Shown: piece by piece, positions 12,245 to 25,868 of the stretch
Numbering within the stretch: position 1 is the stretch's first letter
Layout: each line of letters opens with the position of its first letter
DNA from: Azolla caroliniana
Taxonomy: Eukaryota; Plantae; Polypodiophyta
DNA length: 64,000 nucleotides
Direction: 5' to 3'
Assembly (NCBI GenBank): GCA_043228905.1
Contig: JBHGNT010000017.1
Coordinates: 16,802,001-16,866,000, forward strand
Program-made: the position numbers and the translations under genes
Notes under the pieces: model-generated
Databases searched by the model: none
Seen by the model: only the letters and a program-made list of their open reading frames with translations
What the model was told of the DNA's origin: nothing

Positions 12245-12452
12245 GGTTGGGCGACTTGCAAAGTTCAGGGTTGGGCAACCAACGACTCAGAGTTTGGCAA
12301 CCTCTGACAACTTTTTTTTTTGCGAGTTCTTTCTTATCTAAATTACACAATGCAGATCGCACGCGCCATCAGATGAGCGACCTGCACCGTTTGTGGCCGC
12401 GATTCCCTCGCCAACCCTCTTTATGATTATTACCGAGACAAAGGGGCGGACA
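12245..12452. mobile_element. Probable right terminal repeat of a DNA transposon (MULE-like), ending ...CGGACA
   Basis: Diverged reverse complement of 13036-13215; GGTTGGGCAACC subterminal motifs lie on the transposase side. Confidence 0.5.
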
Positions 12453-13035
12453 GACATAGTAGGGAAGTGTCGGAGTCGGAAGCGTCGGAGGGGAGGTTCG
12501 GAGTCGAAGTCGAAGTCAGATCGAGGAAGAGGATCGATGAGTCATCATTTTGCCAAATAATAGTTAATACGAAAATTATAATTAGTTACAAGTTTTGTAG
12601 TTCTTGCCGATAGGGCAATTTGTATTTCTTGATGAGGAAGTCCTTCAGGTTGCCTATAAAAAAAGGAACCGAAGGCATTGTAAAATCTATCGCTTATCTC
12701 TAGTAATATAAGTTTAATTGTAGGAAATCTCGGTGTGCAACTGTTTATTTTTTGTTAATCTATTTCCACCCTGCTATAATTGTATTAAGTAAGTAACGAT
12801 CTCGATGCCTGTGTAACATCGATAGGATTACAGTAACTTAGCATCCATTCGCACAACCACAATTCATTGATAGAATGTTCGGTACGAAACGTTCGAACTT
12901 TGCTGTGTGTCAGCAATAGAGTCTGGTATCGGCCGAACAACAATGATTTGATGCAAAATAGACACGAGCGGTCATGGGGTGATGGTCATGTGACAATTAT
13001 GGCCATGCCATCCTTAACATATGATAGTGGCGACG

Positions 13036-13431
13036 TGTCCGTTATGACACAAATCATTAGTAGGGTTGGGGAGGGAATTGTGACCCCAGATGGTGCAGGT
13101 CGCTTGAAGCATGGCGCGTGCGATCTGCACCGTCCGATTTGGATGATAAAAAAACGCGCAACCAAAAATGTTGTCAAGGGTTGCCCAACTCTGAGTCCTT
13201 GGTCGCCCAACCCTATCAGAGGTTGCCCAACTACCTATTGTGGTCACCCAACCTACATATTCTGGTTGCCCAACCTCTGTAACATATGTGGTCGCCCAAC
13301 CTGCCATTTCAGTTTGGTCACCCAATCGAGTTTAAATGTGGTTGCCCAACCTATCATTTAAGTTTGCTCACCTAACCGAGTTTTAATATGGCCATGTGGT
13401 TGCCCAACCTTCCAATTGATGACTATAAAAT
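13036..13431. mobile_element. Probable left terminal repeat of a related DNA transposon (TGTCCG...) with a GGTTGCCCAACC subterminal array
   Basis: Inverted homology to 12268-12452; repeated GGT(T/C)(G/A)CCCAAC motifs at 13180-13410. Confidence 0.5.
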
Positions 13432-13726
13432 TGTCATGATATAGCAAGACTTGAACCCATGACCTTATGTTACATAGGTCAAGCTCTTGACCATTAGACT
13501 ATATGTTGTAATACAAAATATATTATTTTCATTTAAGTTTTACTATAGAAAATTGATGTATATTCCAGATTTCTCTGCAACATTCTAGAAACTTTAGGAG
13601 TACTCCCGAGAACACTATAAAAGGAGGCACAAGGCATTATTTCGAACCAAATCGGTTCAATGCCAGTCTTAAGCCTCCTAGCTACTATTGTATATTCCCT
13701 TAACATAACATATATATATTGTTATC

Positions 13727-13803
<77 letters not shown>

Positions 13804-13919
13804 TCTCTCAAGAGTTCTACACCTCCCTTAGTACTAATCCTCATCTTTTAGTACTAATTCCTTCTCTGTCTTAGTACTGTTTCTGACAGTACTTCTCTAT
13901 CTTAGTATTGCTCCTGATA
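13432..13919 (+). repeat. 5' LTR of the Tcn1-like element
   Basis: TGTCA start, TATA box, (CT)n at 13732-13800; ends TGATA (from TGACA) with a duplicated 31-bp terminus. Confidence 0.75.
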
Positions 13920-16900
13920 GTTTGAACCAATTTTTTCCTCTCCTTCCTTCTCTTCCTTTAGCTTCTTACTTCTCCCTCCCTTCATACTAAACTCTTATTC
14001 CTCTTTTCTCTCATACTATGGCCACTGTTAGCGCTCAAGAATATCAATTCGTTTCCTCAGAGCTGCAATGCTTGAAAGAGAAGTTCCTTGCTTTGGAACA
14101 AGAAAATCAACGGTTGTTGGGGGATCTTCAACAAATCTCTTTAGAAAATCAGCAGACGCAACAACAACAGGGGGAACTAGTGGTACGCGTGCAACAACCG
14201 AAGCAACCATAGTAGCGATGCAACAACAAGGACCCAATATGCAAGGGATTCATAAAGAATCCAAGATTGGCCTTCCCATGAAATTCGATGGAACGCGATC
14301 ACAATTTAGAGGATTCCTTAATCAGGTACGCTAGTCATTGAAATGCATCCTTCTCGATATCCCACCGATGCATCACAAGTGGGACTAGTAGGCATGGCTT
14401 TGGCATGGTTCACCCCCCTATTAGAAAAAAGCTCTCCCTTGTTAAATAATTTCGAAGAGTTTATTACCGAGTTTAAAGCTTGTTTTGGAGATACCGACAA
14501 TGTTAGAACAACAATCAACAAAATCCGAAGATTGCGCCAAGGTGAGCGGCCGGCCTCGACTTATGCTGCGGATTTTCATCTTCTCGCCACCGATATTCCT
14601 GGGATGACCAGGAACTAATGGAGCAATTTCGTTTTGGCCTACGTAATGATGTTAAAGAGTTACTCTTAACTTCCCATGAGGAGCCAAAGTCATTGACAGA
14701 AGTAACCAGTCGTGCGGTGCGATGTGTGCGATGCGATAATCGCCTCTTCGAACGACGTTCGGAACGTTAGTTCCAAATGCCAAGGACAAGATCGGAGCCC
14801 ACCTATGCTTCAATCATAGCAAAGCCTTTCCCGAGGGAGTCATTCAATACATCTCCAACAAATACTCCGACTCCAATGGAAATCGACACCACACGTCATC
14901 GCGGACCACTATTGAAAGAAGAAAAGCAGTGACGCATGGCAAATCGATTATGTCTTTATTGTGGTGGACTGGGGCATATTGCAGTGAATTGCCCCCATCG
15001 GCTGAAAAGGCAGGTAAATCAAATAACCGCTAGTACTAATAGTACTAAACCCGAGTCTATTTCTCTAGGTGTGTTTGATAGTCCTAATAGCCCAAGCCTT
15101 TCAAATAAATTTGAAATCCTTAGTCAACTAGAAGAAGAGTTAAATGATTAATTCCAACCAAAATAGGAGCCGTTTGGTTGGACAACCCTAGATCTGTGCA
15201 ACCCATTAGTGGTTCCATTTCCTCTAAGCAAGCTAGCAATGTGTTCTTAGCTTAAGTAATGGTTAGTACTAAAAGTACTCTTCCAGTACATGTCTTAGCA
15301 CTCTTAGATTCCGGAGCCAACTCTTGCTTCATGGATAGGAATTTTGCCCAAGCTCATCATATATCCCTAAAAAAACTCCCATGTCCAGCCTCTGTAGTAG
15401 TCATTGATGGTCGTCCCATTGCTTCCGGAAATATTATAGAAGAGTTAGAACCCGTTAATATTGTCCTAGATAACTTAGCGTGTGTAGTATCATTTAATAT
15501 AATTAATATCCCAGAACATCCCATTGTTTTGGGATTACCATGGTTTGAATTACATAACCCAACCATAGATTGGAGAACAAGAGAAATATGGTGTCGACAA
15601 ACCCGAGGATCTACTCATAAGATTGCAACCATTTCGCTACATCAGTTGCGTGAGGAAGGACACAAGGAAGAAATGTTTCTCTTCGCAATATCAGTAAACC
15701 CCTCCTGTATCAATAAAGAGGAGTCCACCATTCAACTTCCAAAGAAGTATCGTCATTATGCCGATGTGTTTGATAAAGTACAAACCAATACGCTTCCTCA
15801 CCATCGACCGTATGATTACCCCATCAATTTACAACCGGGAAAAGAGCCACCATGGGGATTGACTACAATTTGTTACCAACTGAGGTAGAAGTCCTTTGAG
15901 CCTATATAGAGGAGAATTTGGCAAATGGTTTCATTCGACATTCGAAATCTCCAACCGGCGCACCCATTTTCTTTGTCAAGAAAAAGGATGGATCACTTCG
16001 TCTCATCGTAGATTACCGTGGATTGAATAAAGTCACCATTAGGAATAGGTATACACTTCCCCTTATCTCAAGTCTTTTAGAACGGATCAATGGTGCAAGG
16101 TTCTTCACAAAGATCGACTTACGAGGAGCGTATAACCTCGTACAGATCTAACTAGGAGATGAATGGAAGACTGCATTTCACACCAGATACAGGCACTTTG
16201 AGTATACGGTCATGCCATTTAGCCTCACTAATGCGCCAATAGTCTTCCAGCACATGGGAAATGATATATTCCGAGATCTCTTGGATGATTTTTTGATCAT
16301 CTATTTGGATGATATACTGGTTTATTCGAAGACCCAAGAAGAGCATGATTCTCATGTAGTGTTAGTACTAAAACGACTTCGAGAACATGGTCTTTATGAA
16401 AAGCTGGAAAAATGTAGTTTCGGGTGCAACCAAGTAGAATTTTTGGGCTATGTCATTTCCTCGGAAGGCATCTCCATGGATCCATCTAAGGTCAAAATGA
16501 TGGTAGAGTGGCAGACTTTGCGTTCGTTGCGAGATGTGCAATGCTTTTTAGGTTTTGCCAATTTTTACCGCAAGTTCATACATGATTACTCAAAGCTTGT
16601 TCTGCCTCTCACACAACTTACCAGGAAGGGAAAATTGTTCGTTTGGTTTGAAGAAGCGGACATGGCTTTTGAGAGTCTTAAGAAGGCATTTACATCAGCT
16701 CCTATTTTAGCTCATGTTGATCCAGAAAAACCATTCATCATTGAAGCAGACGCGTCGGATTTCGCCTTGGGTAGCATTCTGTCTCAACAAGGCAATGATG
16801 AAAAGCTACAACCTGTGGCTTTCCATTCATGCAAGTTTGACCCTGCGGAAAGCAACTATGAAATTCATGATAAGGAGCTATTAGCAATAGTGGACTCTTT

Positions 16901-17076
16901 TACTCAATGGAGGCATTTTCTAGAGGGGTCTTCTCATCAAGTCATCGTATTCAGTGATCATAAAAAGCTTGCCTACTTTCAGAATGCTCGTGTGTTAAAT
17001 CGACGTCAAGCTCGGTGGGCCCAGTTCCTCACTCGTTTCGACTTCAAAATTACATATCGTCCGGGGAAGCAACAAT
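13432..17076 (+). mobile_element. Tcn1-like Ty3/Gypsy chromovirus, 3'-truncated
   Basis: LTR 13432-13919 with TATA at about 13615 and (CT)n. Gag PMKFDGTRSQFRGFL, PTPMEID, CLYCGGLGHIAVNC; protease LLDSGANSCF; RT YLDDILVYS; RNase H EADASDFALG, EIHDKELLAIV, RRQARWAQFL. The sequence breaks before integrase. Confidence 0.85.
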
Positions 17077-18109
17077 GGACTCCGTCCATGAGGATCTGGT
17101 CATGTTCTCTTGTCGAGCTTTGCGGGTTCGTCGAAAGATGATCTTTCGTCGAACTATGTGGGTTTGGCAAACTTTGATCTTTCGTCGAACGATGTGGGTT
17201 CGTTGAACTTTGAGGGTTTGGCAAACTTTGACCTTTCGTCGAAGGATGTGGGTTCATCGAAAGATGATCTTTCGTCGAATTTTGTAGGTTTGGCAAACTT
17301 TAATCTTTCATCGAAGGATGTTCTCTTGTCGAACTTGATCTTTCGACGAATTCTGAGCGGGAAATTTGAATGTTTTTGGCGCGAACGACTGTTTCGTGTC
17401 CTGTAGGATGATCAAAATCAGCGAGAATCGCGGTAATCACTTTTGCACTACAACGGCTAAATATCAACTAGGCTTAGCGTTAACCGGACAAATAGCTTGC
17501 TAATGTCCGAGCGATTAACGGGGGGGAAATTAAAACTAAAAAATAGAAAATTAACTTAATGAAAATGTGAAGTAGTGAAAATTTTAATTAACATGGTTTC
17601 CTTTCGATTTCTTCTTGTTGAGATACAAGCTCAACATTGGCCGGATCGACTGTGCAAGCCAAGAATCAGATCGGTTTGGACTGATCGGTTAGGCCGGATC
17701 GGTGCGGAAACCGGGAGGCCGTTGAACAGATATTCCGCAAGGGAATATATTTGGGAGTTAGTGTAGGAGCTCAGTTATGAGCATTGAAGTATGTGTCAGT
17801 ACTTCTATCAGTCCGTATGAACTTGTATAAAAGTGCTCTCTGAGCACATCCTATATATAGAGTTTTACACATGATTTTGAATTTAGTTTTTCTGTGTAGT
17901 CATTCTGTCTCTATCTCTCCCACGTACATTGTGTCTTAAGCTCTTTATTAAACCTATTTTTTCTCTGTCGGTATTCTATGTTTTGTATAGATTCTGCACG
18001 TTACATTTCACATGGTATTAGAGCGCAACGGTTGAGAACCTCTGTAGCCGACTTCAGCTCGAAACAACAAAAGATAAAACCTAATCTCGGTGAAGAACGA
18101 AAAGGAAAA

Positions 18110-21100
18110 ATGGATAGAGCCTCCAACTGAGAAGCTCGATAGAAGTAACTATGCATCTAGGTCGTAAAAGATGCACCAGTACCTGCTCGGACATGGATAC
18201 TGGAGCTATGTCGATGGAGCGAATGATGCAACACCTGAATCGATACACAGAGACTTCCCAACCTGGGAACAGTCGGCGAGCAGAGTTCTCTACTGCTTCG
18301 CGTCCTGTGTGAGTGAACAACTCTTGAGCTACATTCGGGATGCAAGAATGCTGAAGGATGCTTGGGGAAATCTGAAAGAGATTTTCGCCTCAAGCACCAC
18401 AGCCAAGAAGCTCCAACTTCGACAAGAGTTGAGCAATGTGCGTCAACGCGACATGATGGTGGATGACTACACCTCCAAGATAAAGGATATCTGCGACTCT
18501 CTTGCCTCCATCGATGTGAACGGTGAGGAGGGCGAAATGGTGCAGATCTACCTCGGAGGATTGGCGTTGAAGTTCGGAGCACTCCGAACTGTTATTTGTA
18601 CAAGGGAGAATACGTCGTCGTTTTTTGACTTGCAGTCGATGCTCCTTGTAGAGGAGAATCACGCGGGTGTGTTGATGAGTATGCACACCGACATCAAGAT
18701 GTTGTACACGGAGGGAGATAGGCCCCGTGGTCGTGGTGGATGAGGCGAATTGGCACACAATGGAGGCAGCCGACGGGAGCAAAGAAGAAGGCATCGTGGT
18801 GATGCCGACAGTAAATCCGGACCCTCTGGAAGTAGGGGGAGTCGAGGAGGTGACGAGAACCACCAATGTAAACACGCTCCGGAATGATGGTATTGAGGCA
18901 AGGAAGGCCACAAGGAGAGTGAATGCTAGAAGAAGCGCGCCGATTCGGAGAAAACCAGATCCCGATCCGGACTGACTGAACAAGGAAATCGGCAGCGGAC
19001 GCACTACGCCCAAGGATCCGAAAAAGTCGGAAAGGGGACAACCTTCGTGACAAGACACGAAGCAAACTTGATGAAGAAGACCACCCCGAAATCGGACGAA
19101 GTGTGGTACGTTGACTCCAGAGCGTCAAACCATATGACGAACCATAAAGAGTGGTTCTCCTATCGGGAAAAACCGGAACAACCGGGAGTAGTCACAATAG
19201 GAGACGACACTCTGCATCCGATTGTACATGTCGGTGAAGTTCCCCTCAGCCACATCGGGCAAAAAGGGAAGCTAATGAACGTGTTACACGTCCCGACAAT
19301 TACGAAGAATGTGGTGTTGGTCGGACAGATCGTCGACCAGGGGATGCATGTCCGGTTCACGCATCTTGGGTGCTTCATCGAGGAAGAAGGCCACGTTATT
19401 GCGCAAGGGCACAGAGATGGGAGGATGTTCATCCTCGACACCAATGACATAGGCACCACCATGTTCGCGAAAGGGAAAAAAGTTGAGTCAGATATCGACT
19501 TGTGGCATAAGCGGATAGGCCACGTTGTCGTAGTGTAATTCGCACACTACGTGAAAAAGTGCACTTTTGGTCTCTTTGGATAGGACATGGAGTACCTGGT
19601 GAGAACCGGAATGAGGAACCGGTAAGGATCAGACTCGGTAAGGAGACCCGGTGAGAACCGGATGAAGAAGGCCGGTGAGAGTCTCTGACCGGATGAAGAG
19701 ACATATTTGTAAATAGAAGAAAGTATAAAAATATATATTACATGCATAGGGCAAGATTCAGACCTTGCACCTCCATGTTTATAATGTAAAGCCTTACCAT
19801 TACACTAACATATCATTAGTGTTAAAAAAGTAAACGTCCCACATAGAAAGGTATGTTCACGCTAGGATAAACTTTAGTTAGAAGAAAACAGATGATAAAA
19901 GAAAAAGCTACGCATCCACATGTAGCGTGCATGAACACCATAATCGATAAAAACACATCAAGTTAGAAAAAGTAGGATCACTTTAGAAAAAGCATCGGAG
20001 AAGACCCACCGAAGTGCAACACAAGCATTCCTAGAGTTTGAGTATCGTTTTGCTCAACTCTCGGAGCGGGAACAAAGATTGGTGGGGGTGGATAAAGTCC
20101 TAATGTTCGTAATGTCAATCAATCGAAAAGAAAGGATGGACATCGAGATCAAACTCGAAGACGATGACAGTGCGAATGGTCTTACCGAGGATTGGGCCGA
20201 AGTCGAAAGGGTATGCAGGAGACATGATGAGAGGAAGACGAGAATCTTGTCAACAACAACATGGCCCATGAGGGATGGTAGATTGAGGAAAAACGATGTA
20301 GCCAATATGAAGGCCGAAATACAATATGATGGAACCACAGGAGAGAGTGTGGAACAAGACACCCTCGTCTTGTGAAAGAATGACAACCAAGGATAAGGCC
20401 AATAAGCTAAAAGTGGCGAACACCACTTCAAGTGTAGAAGAAGATTTTGGGATATGAGTGTTCCAGACATCGGATGAGAAAGAGGTAAGCATAATCGATG
20501 CTTGCATAATTGATGGATATAAAGAGTGCAAGCAGGACTTGATTGAGGAGGTCGCCACGAAAGATGACATCGAATCGGAGGTGGCTATGGACGAATCGAT
20601 GTCGTATGACCGTATCGAAACTTTCTCATCACTGATTCCAGAGACTCCAGTGGTTTCGTTCGAAAAGCAACATGAGACCGAAGAGACGGAAGATGGCGGA
20701 GAGAAAACGAAGAGACAGAAGATGGCGGTCGGTTATGGAAGTGGCATGGGAAATGCTGGAAGAAAAGAGCATGCCCAAGTTCTATTGGGCCGAAGCAGTC
20801 CGGACCGCGGTCTACATCCAGAATCGGATCGGCGAAAAAGTGTTGGCACATGAGCTATATTTCAGAAGGAAGCGGAATCTACAACACTTGAGGGTTTTCG
20901 GTAGCATCGCGTATGTGCATGTGCCGAAGGAGAAGCGGAGGAAGCTTGATGCGAAAGCCGAGAAGTGTATCTTGGTAGGCTATTCGGACGAACAAAAGGG
21001 TTATAAGTGTTATAACCCCCGAACCAAACAAGCTTGCGTAAGTCACGATGTTGTGTTCGATGAGTCTGCGTCTTGGTATTTGCCTCTGACTCCGGACCTC

Positions 21101-23090
21101 AACTCCAATCCGAGTTTTGAAGATGAGGTCAGCGAGGCTGAGATGCCCCTTGATGAGCGCGAAGTCGGAACTCTTGAAGAGAGTCCGATCTCATTTCGGC
21201 TAAGTGGACCGAATGAGCGACTGAGTCAGTTTGACCAGTCAGATGAAGAGCTGGCGAGTAGAGGAGACTCGGTCGTGCATCCCCCACGCAGGGAGCCGAA
21301 GAGACGGCTTACGCACAAAGAAAAGGGAAAGAAGAAGATGCTGGACTATGTCACGGATAGGGATGAGTCGGATTGACGCGAATCCGCTTCCGAGAAGAGT
21401 GATGACGGGCCTTCCAGAGCGAAGTCCACGTCAGCCAAAACGGCCTCAACATCGGCTAATGCGCAATTACGCTGATCTACCCGCAAGAAGAACCCTGTTG
21501 TGCAGTTCCAATACAACGATTACATGGCACATCACTATGTGTACTTGACATGTGTAGTAGAAGTGCGTGAGCCGGAGAGCTACACAGAAGTGGCAAAGGA
21601 CCCGAATTGGTGTGCTGCCATGGAGGAAGAGATGAACGCACTTGCGGAGAATGAAACCTGGGACTTGGTTGACGCCCCCAACGGTGTTAAGCCGATTGGA
21701 TGCAGGTGGGTGTACAAGGTCAAGTACAACACTGACGACTCGATCAACCGATACAAGGCTCGGTTAGTAGCAAAAGGCTACGCTCAACAACATGGCATCG
21801 ATTACGATGAGACGTTTGCGCCGGTCGTGAAGATGACAACCGTCTGTGTTATGCTTGCAGTAGTTGTGGGGAAGGGGTGGCACTTACATCAGATGGATGT
21901 AAAGAATGCGTTCCTGCAAGGCGAGCTTGAGGAACAAGTGTACATGGTGGAGCCCCTCGTATTTCATTGCGGAACGAACACTTCGGCGGTATGCCGGTTG
22001 AAGAAGTTCCTTTACGGACTAAAGCAAGCCCCGCGTGCTGGAACACGAAGATCACGCAATGATTGCATCGGATGGGATTTGCGACGTCCAAATCGGACTC
22101 TTCATTGTTCATCCGGCAAGGTCGACTTGGGCCAGTTAGTATTTTACTTTATGTTGATGACTTGGTCATTGCCGGCATCAACCTAAATGAAATTGACCGC
22201 GTAAAGCTCCAGCTTGCGGCATCATTTGATGTGAAGGACCTGATGGACCTTCATTACTTTCTAGGGATCGAAGTGATCCGAACCCCCGAAGGCATACTGA
22301 TCAGCCAACGACATTACGTGTTGAGTATGTTCTTCAAGTTCAGGATGGCAGATTGTAAGTCCGTCTCAACTCCTCTCGACAGAACCGTCAAGCTTCGTCC
22401 CGACTCTGGAAAGGTCTGTGACTCGAAAAGGTTCCGACAGATTGTCGGAAGCATCATATACTTGACTATCACCTAGCCGGACCTCAGTTACCCGGTCGAC
22501 TTGTTTAGTCAGTTCATGGTGCGGCCAACCGAGGAGCACCTTCAGTGCGCGTAACGCGTACTCAGGTACGTCAGTGGCACCAAGGACCAGGGGTTACTAT
22601 ATCGAACCGGTATTGCCGCGCAATTAGTGTCGACTATACAGATGCTGACTGGGCCGGAAACGCCGACGATCGCCGATCCACATCTGGATTTGTGTTCTCC
22701 CTTGGGAGCGCTACGATCGCATGGAGTAGCAAGAAGCAGCCGACAGTTGCATTGTCGAGCACAGAGGCTGAGTATCGAGGAGCGGCTGTTGCAACATGCG
22801 AAGCCATAGGGCTGAAGCGGCTACTTAAGGATTTGCAGGTGGAGGTGTCCGATCCGACGACGATCTACTGCGACAACCTCACCAGCATCCAACTTGCGAA
22901 GAACCCCATCATTCACGCCCGGACTAAGCACATTGAGGTGCACTACAACTTTGTCCGTGAGCGTGTCCTCTCTAGTGAAGTCGAACTTCAGTATGTTTCG
23001 ACGGATCGACAGAATGCCAACATCTTCACCAAGCCCCTTGGTCTAGACAAGTTGTGCTTGGGTTGTGGCACCTCGACGTGCCGAACTTGA
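18110..23090 (+). pseudogene. Copia A gag-pol, frameshifted, integrase core deleted
   Basis: MHQYLLGHGYW gag, WYVDSRASNHM protease, [54 protein letters not shown]. Confidence 0.9.
19526..20715 (+). mobile_element. Truncated non-autonomous Gypsy (LTR part, gag fragment, acidic tail) nested in Copia A
   Basis: Starts TGTCGTAGTG, like the LTR of 38159-48429. Peptide QLSEREQRLVGVDKVLMFV...NGLTEDW closely matches that at 52462-52650. Confidence 0.75.
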
Positions 23091-24769
23091 GGGGGAGAAT
23101 AGACCATAGAAAGGAGAAGGAAAGGAGCGGAAGTGACCACGACATCAAATCGGATGACAAATTCGATTTCATGTCAGCTGAAGAAGTCGAAGACGGATTC
23201 ACGGAAGAGTCCGGAAGCGGACGAGAGGGCAATAGTCGAAAGAAATAGCCGGAGCCAGCCAAACATGGGGGAGATGAAGCCAACAAGGGTGAGAAGGCCA
23301 AAATTTAGGACGAATTGGAGACATCCGATTCAGACAAAAGCGGAGACAAATTAGAGGCAACCGATTTGGCTTGGATGTTTGATTCGGAGATGCAGAATCA
23401 ACTGAAGGCCAAGCGGAATAATGGGCAGCAGAAGAGGCACCAACATCGGTGACAACAAGGGAGCTGGAAAAGGCTGCACGAGCAGACAAGCCGACCGAAA
23501 GGGTCAAGGCGCGCGGAATTGAACGGGTCGAGGAGCGCAAGCGAGGCGTGAAGTCAAGAGAAACCGGAGCGAAGGACCGGAAGAGCCTCAAGTTGAGCTT
23601 GAGGGGGAGTGTTGAGATACAAGCTCAACATTGGCCGGATCAACTGTGCAAGCTGAGAACTGGATTGGTTTAGACCGATCGGTTAGGACGGATCAATGCG
23701 TAAATCGGTGCGCATCAAGAGGCCAGATCGGTGCGGAAACTGGGAGGCCGTTGAACAAATATTCCGTGAGGGAATATATTTGGGAGTTAGGGTAGGAGCT
23801 TAGTTATAAGCATTGAAGTACGTGTCAGTACATCTGTCAGTCTGTATGGACTTGTATAAAAGTGCTCTCTGAGCACATCCTATGTACAGAGTTGTACACA
23901 TTATTTTGAATTTAGTTTTTCTGTGTGTTCATTCCCTCTCTGTCTCTCCCACGTACATTGTGTCTTAAGCTCTCCATTAAACCTGTTCTTTCTCTGTCGG
24001 TATTCTATGTTTCGTATAGCTTCCGCACGTTACATTTCACACTTCCCTCGTTAAGTGGGTTTCTTACGAGTGTTTGATCACTCGAAGTCAGCTTCAAGTT
24101 TCGGTCATGTCCCCGGTGTCGCGAAAATACGATGAGGACATGTGAACTTGAGGCAGGACCCCGGAGCCTACTACCAGAGGATATCAAATTCGTGCGTTTT
24201 TGTATTAAGAATAACCGATATGATAAAATTTGATAAATTTTATTAGTAAAGAAAGAGAAAAATTACAATCTATCCCGAGATTGGGATTATAAAAGTTTAG
24301 GAATTATGAGACTTCGATAAGAAAAAAAATAGGGTTAGGGTGTTTGAGAGATATAGCTTCCGTATGGAAAATTAGGGTTATACATGAGATATGGCTTCCA
24401 TAAGGAAAATTAGGATTATAAGAGAGAGATGGCTTTGATCCCAAAAATTTGGGTTTTAGTCTCCTTGAGGGGATAGAACTCCTAAGAAAACTAAGATTCC
24501 TAGTTTTGTCCCCGCCAATACACTTGCATGAAAGAACTTCAGTTTGCATCTCAATTTCCATTGCATGCGTCTCACTAAGGACCATTAGGATCTCTATGGA
24601 TTATCAAGAGCTAGCTTTTCTCCTCCCTTCTCGCACTTGCATGAAGGAACTTTGGTTTCCATCTTCAGTTCAATTGCATGCATCCACATCACCTTTACTT
24701 TACATAAAGTTTGACTTTAGTTGCATGCGTTCACATAACCTTTACTTTAGTTTGCCGCATGATCCATCT

Positions 24770-25110
24770 GGTTGCATCCGGCCCGGCCCGATCCGTCTGG
24801 CCTTGCTTGGTCGTCGTTCGGTTCTGGTTCTGCCGTTGTCCGTCAGTCTGGCCCGGTTCGGTCCCTGGTTCCGATTCCGTCGCCGTTCGTCAGTCCAGTC
24901 CGGTTCGGTCACTGGTTCTAATTCCATCGCCGGACGTCCGTCTGGTTGCCAGTTCCGATTCTGGTCCTATTCTAGTTCAATCACCAATTCTGGTTCTGGT
25001 TCCGGTTTTGTCTTCGTCTGGTTCCGGTTCCATCCGATTGCTGGTTGCCGGTCCCCATCACCGTCCAGTTCCGGTTCTGGTCATAGTTCCGTCGCCGGCC
25101 AGTTCTGGCA
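24770..25110. repeat. CCGGTT/CCGTC-rich degenerate repeat inside the LTR of B
   Basis: Visible; the shorter counterpart lies at 53330-53520. Confidence 0.7.
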
Positions 25111-25868
25111 ACTTAGCCACAACCATCCATCTAGACAAAGTGGCCCAAGTTCAACCATTCCTTTTGTGCTCTTAACACATAGATAAAAACTAATGGTTTT
25201 CAATCTGCTTATTTAGCTAGATCCTAAAATTTCCTGTGGGATATCTTAAAATTCTGTTTTCCTCTTCTTCTCAAACTTCACACACACATAACTTGATACT
25301 TGTTTATCAGTTTCATGTGGAGTAAAGCGCGTTATGAAGATCTTGAAGACATTTATCTTTCCATATCAAACCATTAAGCTAATCTTAAATAATTATTTTA
25401 CTAGTTTTCATATCGTGTGTGAAAAACCACAGGACATTCACCCCCACCAAACTTGCACATCCACCGGTATGTGACAATTTTGATGAGGTTCCTCTTTTGA
25501 TTACTCTACTTCATCAATGTTTCTTCTTTATACCCAAACTTCCATTGCCATCCGATCCACCATATTCTTCGCTCACTCTTTGCATTTCTGTGGCTGGTTG
25601 CCATGGCTCCCTTTTTTCCTGTAGAGCATAATGCTTCATGCTTTGTGTATGTGCCACCTTCATCTCGACCATCTCGTTGGTCATCTAACTTTCTTTTATC
25701 ATCCTTTCTTGTTCCATGCATGCCTTTTGAAGGCCTTTTCGGAATACTATTGTTGAGTACTCTTAGTGGTCCATTCTTCAACTGCGTACTCACCTCTAGC
25801 TCATTAAGTGACCTCAATTTGATGCTTCCCAATTTTTCTACTTTCATGGTATACTCTCATGTTGGAGT

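Larger units (their letters stand above)
17616..24041 (+). mobile_element. Ty1/Copia element A
   Basis: LTRs 17616-18012 and 23610-24041 (TGTTGAGATAC...TTCACA); PBS TGGTATTAGAGC (Met); PPT GAGGGGGAG; TSD CTTCT/CTTCC. Confidence 0.92.

Noticed and set aside
12467-12860. Solo LTR between the two transposon ends
   Set aside because: It has an LTR-like TATA and a CA end, but no TSD and no partner in the window.
1-13500. Large inversion or single element bounded by the inverted LTR copies at 1-69 and 13432
   Set aside because: The flanking bases (ACGAT vs AAAAT) are not a TSD pair in either orientation; two independent insertions is simpler.
24449-25186. 245-aa ORF
   Set aside because: Lies within the LTR of B over low-complexity CCGGTT repeats and is not preserved in the other LTR.
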